Part shown: piece by piece, positions 18,760 to 28,843 of the stretch
Numbering within the stretch: the stretch's first letter is position 1
How the letters are laid out: every line of letters starts with the position of its first letter
Source of the DNA: Thermoproteus sp.
GTDB taxonomy: Archaea > Thermoproteota > Thermoprotei > Thermoproteales > Thermoproteaceae
Assembly (NCBI GenBank): GCA_049976425.1
Contig: JBMFIG010000001.1
Span: 224,001 to 288,000, forward strand
Reading direction: 5' to 3'
Length of the DNA: 64,000 bases
Notes under the pieces: model-generated
Told to the model about the DNA's origin: nothing
The model's input: only the letters and a program-made list of their open reading frames with translations
Database searches by the model: none
Program-made: the position numbers and the translations under genes

Positions 18760-19711
18760 GTATCGCCAAAGTCACGTAGACGCCGCCGGCCATTAATACC
18801 GCCGCCGACGCGCCGACCAGAGGGCCGTATCCGGTCAGCCGCAACGCGCTCGCCGTTATGGGTATCAACGGGAGGTATTGGGGCCATCTGGGGACTTGCC
18901 GCAGGAACACCGACGGCAAGAACCAGGGTATACATAGGCTGAACATAATCACCGATATGCCCATGTAGAGGAAGTGGCTGGCGGGGAGGCCTAGGAAGCC
19001 CAGCGGGGAGAGCAGAGGCAACAGCCTGCCGACGGCGGTGCCCCACGAGTAGGGCTCGCGCGATATGTGGAACCCCCTCACCAAGGCCAGAAACGCCGCG
19101 AACACGAGCGCAGTTGATATGGGCTGCGGCGCCGGGGAGAACACGAGCGCTAGATAGACGGCGGCGAACGCGGCCGCCGCGGGGAGGCCCACGTAGATCT
19201 TCCTCTTGGCCGAATCGACGCGTAGCATTAGGCTCATGGCGGAGGCCGCCGGGAACGACATAACGATCTGCCAGGGGGATCCGGCGAGGGCGAGCGCGGC
19301 GAGCCCCGCGACGGTTATTAGATTGGGCGGCGCGTTCCTGCCCTTGAAGCCCGGCGCGTATAGCGCTATGTAGAGCGCCGAGAAGGGGGCCCAGGAGAAC
19401 GGCACGCGAGCGTATCCGCCGACGAGGCCCGCCGCGAACAGCGCCAGGAGGACGTAGCTCAACGGCCTCTTCGGCATAGTGTTAGTGAACGCCGGGTGTT
19501 GCAGATACATGACGGAGAGGTAGAACGCGAGGAGGCCCCACACCATGAAGTCGCCGTGTAGCTCCACGGAGAGGCGAGGCGCGGCGAGGCCGGCCATGAA
19601 GAGAGCGAAGGAGAGGGCGAGGGCTATCTGCGAGGTCCTCACCAAGTCGATATTAGCATAGAAATACTCCCTCGCGGGGCCTCTCCCTATCCTGTACCAC
19701 ATATACGGCAT
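18722..19711 (-). CDS. polytopic membrane protein (possibly NnrS-like)
   Basis: About ten hydrophobic segments with intramembrane His (LHGDFMVWG, HFLYMG); family call tentative. Confidence 0.6.
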   Translation of the reverse strand: MPYMWYRIGRGPAREYFYANIDLVRTSQIALALSFALFMAGLAAPRLSVELHGDFMVWGLLAFYLSVMYLQHPAFTNTMPKRPLSYVLLALFAAGLVGGYARVPFSWAPFSALYIALYAPGFKGRNAPPNLITVAGLAALALAGSPWQIVMSFPAASAMSLMLRVDSAKRKIYVGLPAAAAFAAVYLALVFSPAPQPISTALVFAAFLALVRGFHISREPYSWGTAVGRLLPLLSPLGFLGLPASHFLYMGISVIMFSLCIPWFLPSVFLRQVPRWPQYLPLIPITASALRLTGYGPLVGASAAVLMAGGVYVTLAILRERTFPLGPAP

Positions 19712-19770
19712 CTCCTCCTCTGCTTAAAAACATAGGCGCGAGCGTTTTTAATGCCTGCCCTAGATAGGCC

Positions 19771-19977
19771 ATGTACTACATAGCGGACGAGAAGCTGAGA
19801 TCGGCCGTCGAGAAGTTCGGAGTCGAGAAGACCATGGCTTGCAGGACGCTGTACCAGCTCGTCAAGCTCTACAAGGCCGGCCTCGTGACGGAGTCTGTGG
19901 GGAAGAAGGCCGAGGCAATGCTGGGCGATATGTGCCCAAAGGAGCTGATAGACATCGTGGCCCAGACGACCGACTAG
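19771..19977 (+). CDS. small hypothetical protein
   Basis: 68-aa ORF, TTTTTAA about 25 nt upstream. Confidence 0.6.
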   Translation: MYYIADEKLRSAVEKFGVEKTMACRTLYQLVKLYKAGLVTESVGKKAEAMLGDMCPKELIDIVAQTTD

Positions 19978-21119
19978 CCGAACTTCTTCTCCAGGAGCTT
20001 GTATATGACGTACTTCATCACCTCGTTGGTCCCCTCCCCTATCTCCAATATCTTCGAGTCCCTATAGAACATCTCCGCCTTGCTGTCCTTGCTGTAGCCG
20101 AAGCCGCCCTCCATCTGCACGGCCCTCCGCGTCACGTCCACGGCGAGGCGGGCGGCCTGTAGCTTGGCCACGTGCGACATCAGCAAGAAGTCCGGCGACT
20201 TGGTGTCGTAGAGATACGCCGCGTAGTAGGCGAGCATCCTCGCGGTCTCTATGGAGGCCAGCATCTCGGCCAGCTCGAACTGCGCGTTCTGCATCTCCAC
20301 GAGCCTCTTGCCGAAGAGCTCCCGGCTCCTGGCCCAGCCGAGGGCCTCCTCGAAGGCCCCCCTCGCAACCCCTATGGCCACTCCCGATATGGCCACCCTC
20401 CCGACGTCCAGCGTGTGCATGATTATCTTCCACCCGCCGTTAACCTCGCCGACGACGTCGTCGTCGCCGACAACGCAGTCGTTGAACTTCAGCTCGGCCG
20501 TGCCCGTCCCCCTAACGCCCATGACCTCTATGGGCGTCGCCTCGACGCATCCGCTCCTCGGCAGGAGGAAGACGGTTATGGCCTTGTGGCGGGCCTCCCG
20601 CGGCCCTGTCCTGGCCGCTAGGAGGTAGTAGTCGGCGTAGTAGCCGTTGGTTATCCACATCTTGTGGCCGTTTATCACCCACTCGCCGCCCCTCCTCTCG
20701 GCCTTGGTCTGTATGGCTGCGGCGTCTGAGCCGCAACAGGGCTCAGAGAGGGCGAAGGCGCCTATCTTATCGCCGGCGGCGACCTTGGGCAAGACCTCGT
20801 CTTTCTGCCTCTTAGAGGCGAAGTTGTTTACAGCGTCGGCGAAGAGTATGCCGTATGCCTCTACCAACAAGCTGAACCCGCCGCTGACGCGGCCCAGCTC
20901 CTCGAGGACGACGACGGCCGCCCTCAGATCTCCCCCGCCTCCTCCGTACTCGGCCGGCACTGTCGGCGTGAGGATGCCCAGCTTGCCCGCCTCCTTGATG
21001 GTCTCGCGGGGGTAGTAGTTCTCTCTATCCATCCTGCGCGCGATGGGATCGACGTACTTCTCGGCGAAATCGCGGGCCGACTTCCTGATGAGCTCGTGCT
21101 CCTCGGTCAAAAGGCTCAT
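19974..21119 (-). CDS. acyl-CoA dehydrogenase
   Basis: FALSEP..GSD, NGHKMWITNG, QMEGGFGY, YRDSKILEIGEGTNE. Confidence 0.95.
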   Translation of the reverse strand: MSLLTEEHELIRKSARDFAEKYVDPIARRMDRENYYPRETIKEAGKLGILTPTVPAEYGGGGGDLRAAVVVLEELGRVSGGFSLLVEAYGILFADAVNNFASKRQKDEVLPKVAAGDKIGAFALSEPCCGSDAAAIQTKAERRGGEWVINGHKMWITNGYYADYYLLAARTGPREARHKAITVFLLPRSGCVEATPIEVMGVRGTGTAELKFNDCVVGDDDVVGEVNGGWKIIMHTLDVGRVAISGVAIGVARGAFEEALGWARSRELFGKRLVEMQNAQFELAEMLASIETARMLAYYAAYLYDTKSPDFLLMSHVAKLQAARLAVDVTRRAVQMEGGFGYSKDSKAEMFYRDSKILEIGEGTNEVMKYVIYKLLEKKFG

Positions 21120-21547
21120 GCCTCCTCGAAATACTCAATGTCGGTAACTAGACCCCTCCTCTCGTCGCGCCACTTGGGCTTTACCTTCATGCCCACCCTA
21201 GGCTTGTCGGTCTTCACGTAGTGTATGAGGCCGCCCTCGACGCCGGGGAACCTTATGAAGGCCAGCACTTTCTTCTCCTTCAACGGCTCGCCGTAGAAAT
21301 CCCTCTCGACCACCGTGTAGCTCTCGACGACGCCGACGGGCGCCACCTCCCGTAGCTCCTTGACCTCCTCGAAGTCGTATGGGCAGTACATCTTCGGCGG
21401 GAGGAACAGACGGCCGCACTTGGGGCAGTACGCCGCGGTTATCTTGCCCGACTTGAGGGCCTCCAGCCACTTAGTGCCGATAGGGCCGGCGGTATAGACG
21501 TACGCCTCTATCTCCATCACTTCGGGGAACTGCTTGACCCGCCTCAT
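21116..21547 (-). CDS. DUF35 Zn-ribbon/OB-fold protein
   Basis: CPKCGRLFLPPKMYC; start overlaps the upstream stop. Confidence 0.9.
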   Translation of the reverse strand: MRRVKQFPEVMEIEAYVYTAGPIGTKWLEALKSGKITAAYCPKCGRLFLPPKMYCPYDFEEVKELREVAPVGVVESYTVVERDFYGEPLKEKKVLAFIRFPGVEGGLIHYVKTDKPRVGMKVKPKWRDERRGLVTDIEYFEEA

Positions 21548-22083
21548 GGCCTCACCACCTCGAAGCATTCTATGTCGGTGATGGACCCAGTTCTCTGCTC
21601 CGGCGGCTTCCACTTGGCCTTCACCCTAGCCCCGAATATCCTCATGGACTTCACGTCGTCTTCCGACGCGCCGCAGATGTAGTGCATCAAGCCGGGGAAG
21701 AAGTGGTCGTCGAACTGGCGGCCCGGGACGTCGAGCTTTATAATGCCCACGGCCACCGGCTTCTCGAGCCTGGCCCTCGTAGCCGATATATAGCTCAGGA
21801 CAGCAGTCACCACGACGCCTTCGTCCCGAGCCTCAATCCACCCGTCCACCTCCCTGAAGCAGTAGGAGCAGTACATACGCGGCGGGACGAACACCCTGCC
21901 GCACTTGGCGCAGTAGGTGCCGAGGATCTTCCCCTCCTTCAAGCCCGCGAGGAACCGCCCGAGCGCCTGCCCCGTCGTGTAGTTGTAACGCGCCTTGCCC
22001 ACCACCGGGAACTCGAACACCGGGAAGTCGACCTTCTCGTACTTGGTGCCTCTCGGATTTAGGGGCTTGGTCGCGCCGCTCAT
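21544..22083 (-). CDS. DUF35 Zn-ribbon/OB-fold protein
   Basis: CAKCGRVFVPPRMYCSYC; ATG at 22083 overlaps the thiolase stop. Confidence 0.9.
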   Translation of the reverse strand: MSGATKPLNPRGTKYEKVDFPVFEFPVVGKARYNYTTGQALGRFLAGLKEGKILGTYCAKCGRVFVPPRMYCSYCFREVDGWIEARDEGVVVTAVLSYISATRARLEKPVAVGIIKLDVPGRQFDDHFFPGLMHYICGASEDDVKSMRIFGARVKAKWKPPEQRTGSITDIECFEVVRP

Positions 22084-23267
22084 ATCCCCATCACTATCAC
22101 TGTTCCCACTTGCATTAGATCGCCCCACGCCTGTGCCAGCCCCGTATACACCGGCTTCTTCACCTGCCTCGCGCCGGCCTCGCCCCTCACCTGCCAGAAT
22201 ATCTCAGCGACCTTCATGAGGCCTGCGGCGGCTATGGGGTTGCCCACGCCTAACAAGCCGCCTGACGGGTTTATGGGCAGGTCTCCGTCTCTCTGCGTCG
22301 CGCCCTCCTTGGTCAGAATAGGCGCCTCGCATTTCTTGGCCAGACCGAGGCCCTCCATGTGGTGGAGCTCCTTGTAGTCGAAGGGGTCGTAGGGCTCGGC
22401 CACGTCTATCTGCTTCCTCGGGTTGTCTATGCCCGCCATACGGTAGGCCATCTCGGCGGCGCGGCGCACGTATTCCGGATAGGCCAGATCGCGGTTGGTC
22501 CAGTGGGTCGTGTCGAGCGTCCACCCTATCCCCTTGACCCATACTGGGGTGTCGGTTATCCTCCTCGCCTCCTCCTCGCTGGCGAGGACCACGGCCGCGG
22601 CCCCGTCGCTCGTCGGGGATATGTCGTATAGCTGGACCGGCCAGACCAGCACCTCGCTTTTGAGCACGTCGTCGACGGTTATGTTGGGCATACACAGCTG
22701 GGCCGACGGGTGGCCGCAGGCGTTGCGCTTGTTCTTGACCGAGACCAACGCTATGTCCTCCTTCTTGACGTTGCACTTATGCATGTAGCGGTGCATCTCC
22801 ATGGCGAATATCCAGATCAAGTTGGGGTTGAGGGGCTTCTCCACTATGGGATCCCATATGTAGCGGAAGACGTACTGTGGATGCGGCTTCGCTGAGTGGC
22901 TCATTTTCTCCTCGGCCACGACCAACGCGGTCTTGCAGAGGCCCGACGCGACGTGCCACCAACCGGCCACAGGCACGAACACGCCAGTCCCGCCGCCGAC
23001 GCAGACCCTCACGGTCGGTTTGTGTATGCCGCCGGCGCCCTCAGCCAGGTATTCGCCCTTCATGTGAACCCCGTCGAAGGCGTCCGGGGCGCTACCGATC
23101 ACGACGCAGTCTATATCCTTCAGCGTGAGGCCCGCCTCGTCGAGGGCTTGCTTAGCCGCGAGCCAAGCCAGCTCCTGCGGCGTCTCCAACATCTTGCTTC
23201 TGAACAGCGTCAGCCCAGCCCCGACGACGGCCACGCGGTGTTTGAAGTTCAAGTTCCGGCCAGTCAT
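22080..23267 (-). CDS. thiolase-fold protein (SCP-x/Ltp2-like)
   Basis: SVKNKRNA, SPTSDGAAAVVL, VAEPYDPF, NPSGGLL..GNP; canonical active-site Cys motif absent. Confidence 0.88.
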   Translation of the reverse strand: MTGRNLNFKHRVAVVGAGLTLFRSKMLETPQELAWLAAKQALDEAGLTLKDIDCVVIGSAPDAFDGVHMKGEYLAEGAGGIHKPTVRVCVGGGTGVFVPVAGWWHVASGLCKTALVVAEEKMSHSAKPHPQYVFRYIWDPIVEKPLNPNLIWIFAMEMHRYMHKCNVKKEDIALVSVKNKRNACGHPSAQLCMPNITVDDVLKSEVLVWPVQLYDISPTSDGAAAVVLASEEEARRITDTPVWVKGIGWTLDTTHWTNRDLAYPEYVRRAAEMAYRMAGIDNPRKQIDVAEPYDPFDYKELHHMEGLGLAKKCEAPILTKEGATQRDGDLPINPSGGLLGVGNPIAAAGLMKVAEIFWQVRGEAGARQVKKPVYTGLAQAWGDLMQVGTVIVMGI

Positions 23268-24406
23268 ATCCTCAACACGACGACGGTGCTTGTAGTCGTG
23301 GGTATCCCCCTCCAGCTGTGCACCACGGCGACCTCCTTCCTGTCGGCCTGCACCTTTATGTCGCCCCTCATGACGCCCACCGCGTAGCTCAAGCGGGCGA
23401 GGCCGTGTACCTCGAACGGCACGCCCTCGGCCAAGGCCCCGCCGCTGAGGTTAACCGGCAGTCTACCGCCGGGATGGAAGGCGCCGTCCACCAACAGATC
23501 CTTGGCGGTCCCCCTAGGGGCCAGCCTAAGGGCCTCAATATGCTGGAGCTCCTTGAAGCTGTAGCGGTTGTCTACCTCCGCGAAGCCTACCTCCTTGGCG
23601 GGATCGACTATCTTGGCCTGTCTATATGCGCCGTCAGCGGCCTCCCTGGCGTGGATGGGGAAGGACCAGTCGTGTAGCTCTAGGGACGAGATCTCGGTGG
23701 ACCACCAAGCGCCGTCGACCCAGACCGGCGTATCCGTGTAGTCCCTTATCACCTTCTCCGATGCCAAGACCACGACCGCGGCGGCATCGACGAACCCAGC
23801 TATGTCCGCCTCGCGTAGCGGATCGGCGACGATGGGAGTCGACGACCTCAATCTGCCCGGAGACGCGTAGACCGCCCTCGGGTTCCTAGCCCCAGCTTCA
23901 TGCGCCTTCTTGACTACGGCGTCTAGATGCTCCTCGGTCACTCCGTGTTTCGACATATAGGCTCTGGCCTCTAGCGCGGCCAGCGCATGGACGTTCTCAA
24001 GCCCTAGGGGCCTAATAGATATGGGGTCTGTTGCCATGAACATCACGTCGTTAAGCGTGAGGAGATCTGAAGGCTTCCCATGCGATTCCGCTACAACTAC
24101 GTCGAAGAGACCGGACTTTATCAACATATAGGCCTGTCCCACGCATTGGAGCCCATCGCCAGCCACCGTGTAGACCGGCTTCATAACTCCGCCGACAGGA
24201 TCCGGCGCGAACTCGTCAGCTATGGATATGCCCTCCCAGAAGTCCTCTTGGCACGACACGAAGGCGTCCACGTCTTTACGCGGGTCGAGCCCGCCGGCGT
24301 CCTCGTATGCCCTCTGCGCCGCCTTGAACATCATCTCGCGGAACGAGTAGTCGACGACTTCGGGCTGGAAGCCGAACCAGCCCACACCTGCAATCCCTAC
24401 CCTCAT
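23264..24406 (-). CDS. thiolase-fold protein (degenerate paralog)
   Basis: DAAAVVVLAS, AEVDNRY, VNLSGGAL; catalytic motifs degenerate. Confidence 0.85.
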   Translation of the reverse strand: MRVGIAGVGWFGFQPEVVDYSFREMMFKAAQRAYEDAGGLDPRKDVDAFVSCQEDFWEGISIADEFAPDPVGGVMKPVYTVAGDGLQCVGQAYMLIKSGLFDVVVAESHGKPSDLLTLNDVMFMATDPISIRPLGLENVHALAALEARAYMSKHGVTEEHLDAVVKKAHEAGARNPRAVYASPGRLRSSTPIVADPLREADIAGFVDAAAVVVLASEKVIRDYTDTPVWVDGAWWSTEISSLELHDWSFPIHAREAADGAYRQAKIVDPAKEVGFAEVDNRYSFKELQHIEALRLAPRGTAKDLLVDGAFHPGGRLPVNLSGGALAEGVPFEVHGLARLSYAVGVMRGDIKVQADRKEVAVVHSWRGIPTTTSTVVVLRI

Positions 24407-24465
24407 TAACTATAAAGGAAATGCTGATTATTTAACAGTTGACAGTACAACTTAATTAAAATCGA

Positions 24466-26349
24466 TTATACCGCCTTCTTGATCTCCTCGATGGCGTCGG
24501 GGTTCTCCAAGGCCGACAGATCGCCGGGGTTGCGGCCTAGGTAGACGGCCCTTATGACCCTCCTCATGATCTTGGCGTTGCGCGTCTTCGGCAACATCTT
24601 GACGAACTTTATATCCTCCACCGCGCCGAAGGCCTTCCCCAAAGCCTCCTCGGTGAGCTTTATGAGCTCGCGCCTCAAGGCATCGCTGGGCTCGTAGCCC
24701 GGCTTCAACACAACGAAACATATGGGGACCTCGCCCTTGACCTCGTGGGGGACGCCTATACAGGCGGATTCAGCCACTGCGGGGTGGACGTTGAGGACGG
24801 TCTCAATCTCGGCGGGACCCAGACGCTTCCCGGCCACCTTTATCGTGTCGTCGGCCCTCCCCAAGATATAGAAATAGCCGTCTTGGTCGACCATGGCGGC
24901 GTCGCCGTGGGCCCACACGCCGGGCCATTTGCTCCAGTAGGTCTCCAGATAGCGTTGCGGATCCCTCCAGAAGCCTCTGGTCATGCCGGGCCACACCGAC
25001 AGGACGACCAGCTCTCCCTCCACGCCCGGAGGAGCCGGCCTGCCGTCCTCGGCGAAGACAGCGGCCTTGGTGCCTATGCTCGCGCCGTTGAAGGAGCTCG
25101 GCTTTATGGGCTTGACCACGTAGCAGCCCAATATGCCTCCCGAGATCTCCGTGCCGCCCGAGTAGTTTATTATGGGTATCCTTCCCCTGCCCATCTTATA
25201 CAGCCAGAGCCAGCTCTCGACGTCTATGGGCTCGCCCGTGTTGCCGAACGCCTCAAGACGGTCCAACTGCCCGGGCTCCGCCGACGCGCCTATGCTTCTG
25301 AGATACCTCGTGAGAGTTGCGGCGAGGCCCAACGACTTGACCCTAAACCTCTCCACGAAGCGCCACAGCCTGTCCTTAGGGTAGTCGGGAGCCCCCTCGA
25401 AGAACGCCATAGAGCCCTTGAGGAGGTACGCCGCGAAGACCATCCAAGGCCCCATCATCCAGCCCATGTCGGTCACCCAGCTCAACGTATCGCCCCTGCC
25501 TATGTCGAAGTGGAAGTAGACGTCGGCGGCCGCCTTTATGGGGAAGCCGTCGTGTGTGTGGACGGTGCCCTTGGGCTTCCCGGTGGTGCCCGAGGTGTAT
25601 ATGATCATGACGGGGTCCTCCGAGGACGCCCTCTCGACGTAATCCCCGCCCGTCTTGAACACGTCCGAGAGCGGGACGTAGCCGCTCGGCCTTCCGGCCC
25701 TCTCATGCACCACCACGTGCCTCACGCTTTGCGTTAGGCCGGCCTTGAGCTCGGACAGCATGTCTATCTCCTTACCTCTGCGGTACGACACGTCCGAGGC
25801 GAAGACGAACTTGGCCTCGCTGTCCTCCAGCCTAACCCTGATGGCCTCCTTGCCGAAGCCGCTGAAGAGAGGCACTATTATGCCGCCAGCTCTTATGGCG
25901 CCCAGCATGACCGGTACTATCTCGGGCACCATGGGCATGAAGATCGCGACGCGGTCCCCCTTCTCCAAGCCGTTGCGTTTGAGCCAGCTCGCCACGGCCC
26001 TGGCCTTGTAGAGCACCTCCGAGTAGCTCCAGATCGCCGTAGTGCCGTCCTCGCCCTCCCATTTGACTAAGGGATCCGCCGAGTCGTCCAGCTGGTCGGC
26101 TATGTTTATACGCCCCCCTACAAACCACTGCGGCCACTGGATCCCCCGCGAGAGGTCCAGAACCTTCCCGTACTCCTCGTACCACCTAAGCCTCAGTACC
26201 TCGCGGTCGAAGGAAGCCCAAAACTCGTCGGGTTTCTCGTAAGTATAGGCAATGAACTCTTCGAGAGTTTTGAAGCCATGAATAGACATATATTTAGCGA
26301 CATTAGAATTTTCTAGGTGGTTTCTTTCGGGCCTCCAGACCTCCATCAA
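24466..26349 (-). CDS. AMP-forming acyl-CoA synthetase
   Basis: YTSGTTGKPKG, SGGTE, HGD, GRADD, LPKTRNAKIMRR. Confidence 0.93.
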   Translation of the reverse strand: MMEVWRPERNHLENSNVAKYMSIHGFKTLEEFIAYTYEKPDEFWASFDREVLRLRWYEEYGKVLDLSRGIQWPQWFVGGRINIADQLDDSADPLVKWEGEDGTTAIWSYSEVLYKARAVASWLKRNGLEKGDRVAIFMPMVPEIVPVMLGAIRAGGIIVPLFSGFGKEAIRVRLEDSEAKFVFASDVSYRRGKEIDMLSELKAGLTQSVRHVVVHERAGRPSGYVPLSDVFKTGGDYVERASSEDPVMIIYTSGTTGKPKGTVHTHDGFPIKAAADVYFHFDIGRGDTLSWVTDMGWMMGPWMVFAAYLLKGSMAFFEGAPDYPKDRLWRFVERFRVKSLGLAATLTRYLRSIGASAEPGQLDRLEAFGNTGEPIDVESWLWLYKMGRGRIPIINYSGGTEISGGILGCYVVKPIKPSSFNGASIGTKAAVFAEDGRPAPPGVEGELVVLSVWPGMTRGFWRDPQRYLETYWSKWPGVWAHGDAAMVDQDGYFYILGRADDTIKVAGKRLGPAEIETVLNVHPAVAESACIGVPHEVKGEVPICFVVLKPGYEPSDALRRELIKLTEEALGKAFGAVEDIKFVKMLPKTRNAKIMRRVIRAVYLGRNPGDLSALENPDAIEEIKKAV

Positions 26350-26520
26350 TTAATTTCCTACTTAAATTTTTAAATATTTACGCTATGTATGTAGTCAGTA
26401 TAATAACTATAACAAAATATAATGTGACTAAAATAAACTTAAATATATTAAAAATACATATAAATATAAAATTATATATAGAAATTCGGAATTAATCGTA
26501 ATTATTTATCTAACCGGATG
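26350..26520. promoter_or_regulatory. AT-rich upstream region of the acyl-CoA operon
   Basis: About 170 nt almost purely A/T; TTTAAAAA about 25 nt upstream of the synthetase start. Confidence 0.5.
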
Positions 26521-26547
26521 ATTGTTGCGGCCGCGACCGCCGGTCTT

Positions 26548-27444
26548 TCACCCTCGTTTAGCCCAGCTACTTCTCGATAGGAGCGTCCCCAAGTCCACCG
26601 ACCTGAGAGCGTCCTCCAACGGCCTCACGAGGGATAGCGGCACGTCCAGCTCCTCCGCCCGCCTCAACAGCTCGGCGCAGGATCTGCGCGAGGTTTCGCC
26701 CTCCACCTCGGCCACGGCAGTCGGATCGAGCATCCTAGCCTTGAGGTCGGGCCTCCCCAAGAGGTCGCAGAACCGCTCCCAGAACTTGGGCTCAACTGCG
26801 CCCAGCGCCACCCGGCCGCCTGCGCAACTGTAGACGTTGTAGTAGGGATATCCGCCGGTGAGTTGCGGCGCCCTGCCGTCGGCAATCTGGGCGAAGTTTA
26901 GGAGGTTCAAGAGATAGGCCACGCGCTCCATCGAGATCTCGAAGTAGCCGGGCCGTCCTGCGGCTATCGAGGCGGCGGCCGCGAACGCGGCCATGAGCCC
27001 CGTGGCCACGTCGACGCTTTGCGGGATCGGCGGCGCGTCTCTTAGATGTCCCGCGACCGCCGCGAAGTTTATGTCGTGGCCCGGCGCGTTGGACGACTCG
27101 TAGCCGGTCACCGCCACGTAAGTTATCGAGGGGTTCACCTTGCTGAGCTGTTCGTAGGATGCGCCGAGCCTCTCGGCGGCCGCCGGCCTGAAGCTCGTCA
27201 AGACGGCGTCGGCCCCCTTCACGAGGTCGTACAGGCTCCGCCTGCCCTCCTCCGTCTTTAGGTCGAGGACGACGACCTCCTTGCCTTCGTTGAGCAGTCG
27301 GTAGAGCGTCGGGCTGTAGGCCCTCATGGGGTCGCCGCCCGGCGGCTCCACCTTCACCACGTCGAACCCCCACTCGGCCAACAGCCTCCCGGCCAGGGGG
27401 CCCGGGTAGAGCACGGCCAGCTCCACAGCTCTGTACTTGGCCAT
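26548..27444 (-). CDS. family III CoA-transferase (CaiB/BaiF-like)
   Basis: PGP, VVKVEPPGGDPMR, LDLK, FRP, GHDINF. Confidence 0.92.
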   Translation of the reverse strand: MAKYRAVELAVLYPGPLAGRLLAEWGFDVVKVEPPGGDPMRAYSPTLYRLLNEGKEVVVLDLKTEEGRRSLYDLVKGADAVLTSFRPAAAERLGASYEQLSKVNPSITYVAVTGYESSNAPGHDINFAAVAGHLRDAPPIPQSVDVATGLMAAFAAAASIAAGRPGYFEISMERVAYLLNLLNFAQIADGRAPQLTGGYPYYNVYSCAGGRVALGAVEPKFWERFCDLLGRPDLKARMLDPTAVAEVEGETSRRSCAELLRRAEELDVPLSLVRPLEDALRSVDLGTLLSRSSWAKRG

Positions 27445-27471
27445 GCCGGAATATTGCCGCCCTCTTTAACG

Positions 27472-27735
27472 TCACCCGCCGCCGGGCCCCGCGATCTGCT
27501 GGACGGCCCTCTCGACGAAGTCGAGAACCTGCCTGATGTCGGAGATCACCTCGTCGACGTCGGAGTAGTCGACGAAATTGGGATCGAAGCCGTTGTAGGC
27601 GTACCTATGTAGCATCAACGCGGTCTTGACGGTTGCCTCGATCCCCTTAATGCCCAGGGCCTCGAGGTCCTTGGCGATCTTGACCAGGCCCGTGGTAAGC
27701 GCGGCGGGCATGATAGGCCAATCGGCTCTGGGCAT
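27472..27735 (-). pseudogene. PaREP1-family fragment (C-terminal half)
   Basis: ADW..MP, ALMLHRYAYNGFDP resemble PaREP1; only 87 aa. Confidence 0.65.
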
Positions 27736-27879
27736 GGTCCGCTATGGCACCATCAGCGACTACATGGACCACACAGACTGGGTGAGACAGGCGCTGGAGA
27801 TGTGGGATAGGCGGATAGTCTACTACGAGGCTGGCGCAGGCAGAGGGATTGAGAAACCCGCAAGGCGGATCCGCTACAG

Positions 27880-28052
27880 GCGCGGGGAGGGGAAAAAGGA
27901 GGAGGTTTTCGGCTACGCCTTTGAGGACTAGATGCCGGACGGCCTCGGACACCGATCTGAGCTCGCCCCTCCTCACCGTCGATTTTCCGGCACGCCTCCC
28001 ACGGCAGAAACGCCGCGACTGCCTTCTTCGGCTCTGCCCGTTTCTTGCCCAT
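27880..28052 (-). pseudogene. frameshifted ribbon-helix-helix (CopG-like) gene
   Basis: MGKKRAEPKKAVAAFLPWEACRKID continues in another frame near 27975 as VRRGELRSVSEAVRHLV. Confidence 0.55.
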
Positions 28053-28111
28053 GGCCCGTCCATACAGTTCCTATTTTAGTTAGGAAAAGAACAAGCGGGA
28101 AAAAGGGGGGG

Positions 28112-28234
28112 TTAGGGACACAAAAGAATCGCCCGGCCGTCTGGATACCTTATTTCAAAGCACTCCTCCTCCAACTCCTCGACATTTCTCACAAATTCAT
28201 CTATCTCCTTCAGCAACCTCTCTTCACTGTCCAT
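28112..28234 (-). CDS. possible 40-aa acidic peptide
   Basis: MDSEERLLKEIDEFVRNVEELEEECFEIRYPDGRAILLCP followed by a C/T-rich terminator-like tract. Confidence 0.35.
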   Translation of the reverse strand: MDSEERLLKEIDEFVRNVEELEEECFEIRYPDGRAILLCP

Positions 28235-28843
28235 GTGATCGCGGACGCGCCTCCGTTTGTCGAAAAGAAACAAGCCCACAGCTCTCCCCTCTACGTTTTT
28301 CCTGACCTTTCGTCGGATGTTCTTCCTGATTCAGGAAAAATGTACGGCGTTGAGTCAGGAAGAATGTAGAACGTGTTTACAAGCCGAGTTCTGGGAGATT
28401 TAGAACTGGCGATACGCCGCGGTAGCTGAAAGAGGGAGGCGCCGAGGCCAGTTCCAAATAAAAATTCAGAAATGGCAGGGGCGTAATCGGCGCAACTTGA
28501 TTCACGTCATTGTCAATTCATAATTAAGGGGATGTGTTTATGCGCTCATGGGCTTGCAATAGCCCGCCCCGCCTCCGAGGGGGCAACGGGGGCGTCGCTG
28601 TGTTAATCCGCGCCTGCAGAAGGGGCGGCGCCGATCCTCCGGGCGGCCCCTCCCCGAGGGGCCATTAGGCGCCTCGGGGCCTCGTGCCCCCCGAGCCGCC
28701 CGGAGAGCAGAAAGGGGGCATCCTCGCGAAATCCTCGTATAGCTGGACAGCCAGTGGTCTAGACGGATAACCCCAATCCATGGCGCTATATAGAAGAGAT
28801 TTATTGACGGAAAAAATATATTGGAGATAATCCGGCCGATATT

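Noticed and set aside
27932-28369. 145-aa plus-strand ORF
   Set aside because: No motif; antisense to the RHH remnant and the acidic peptide
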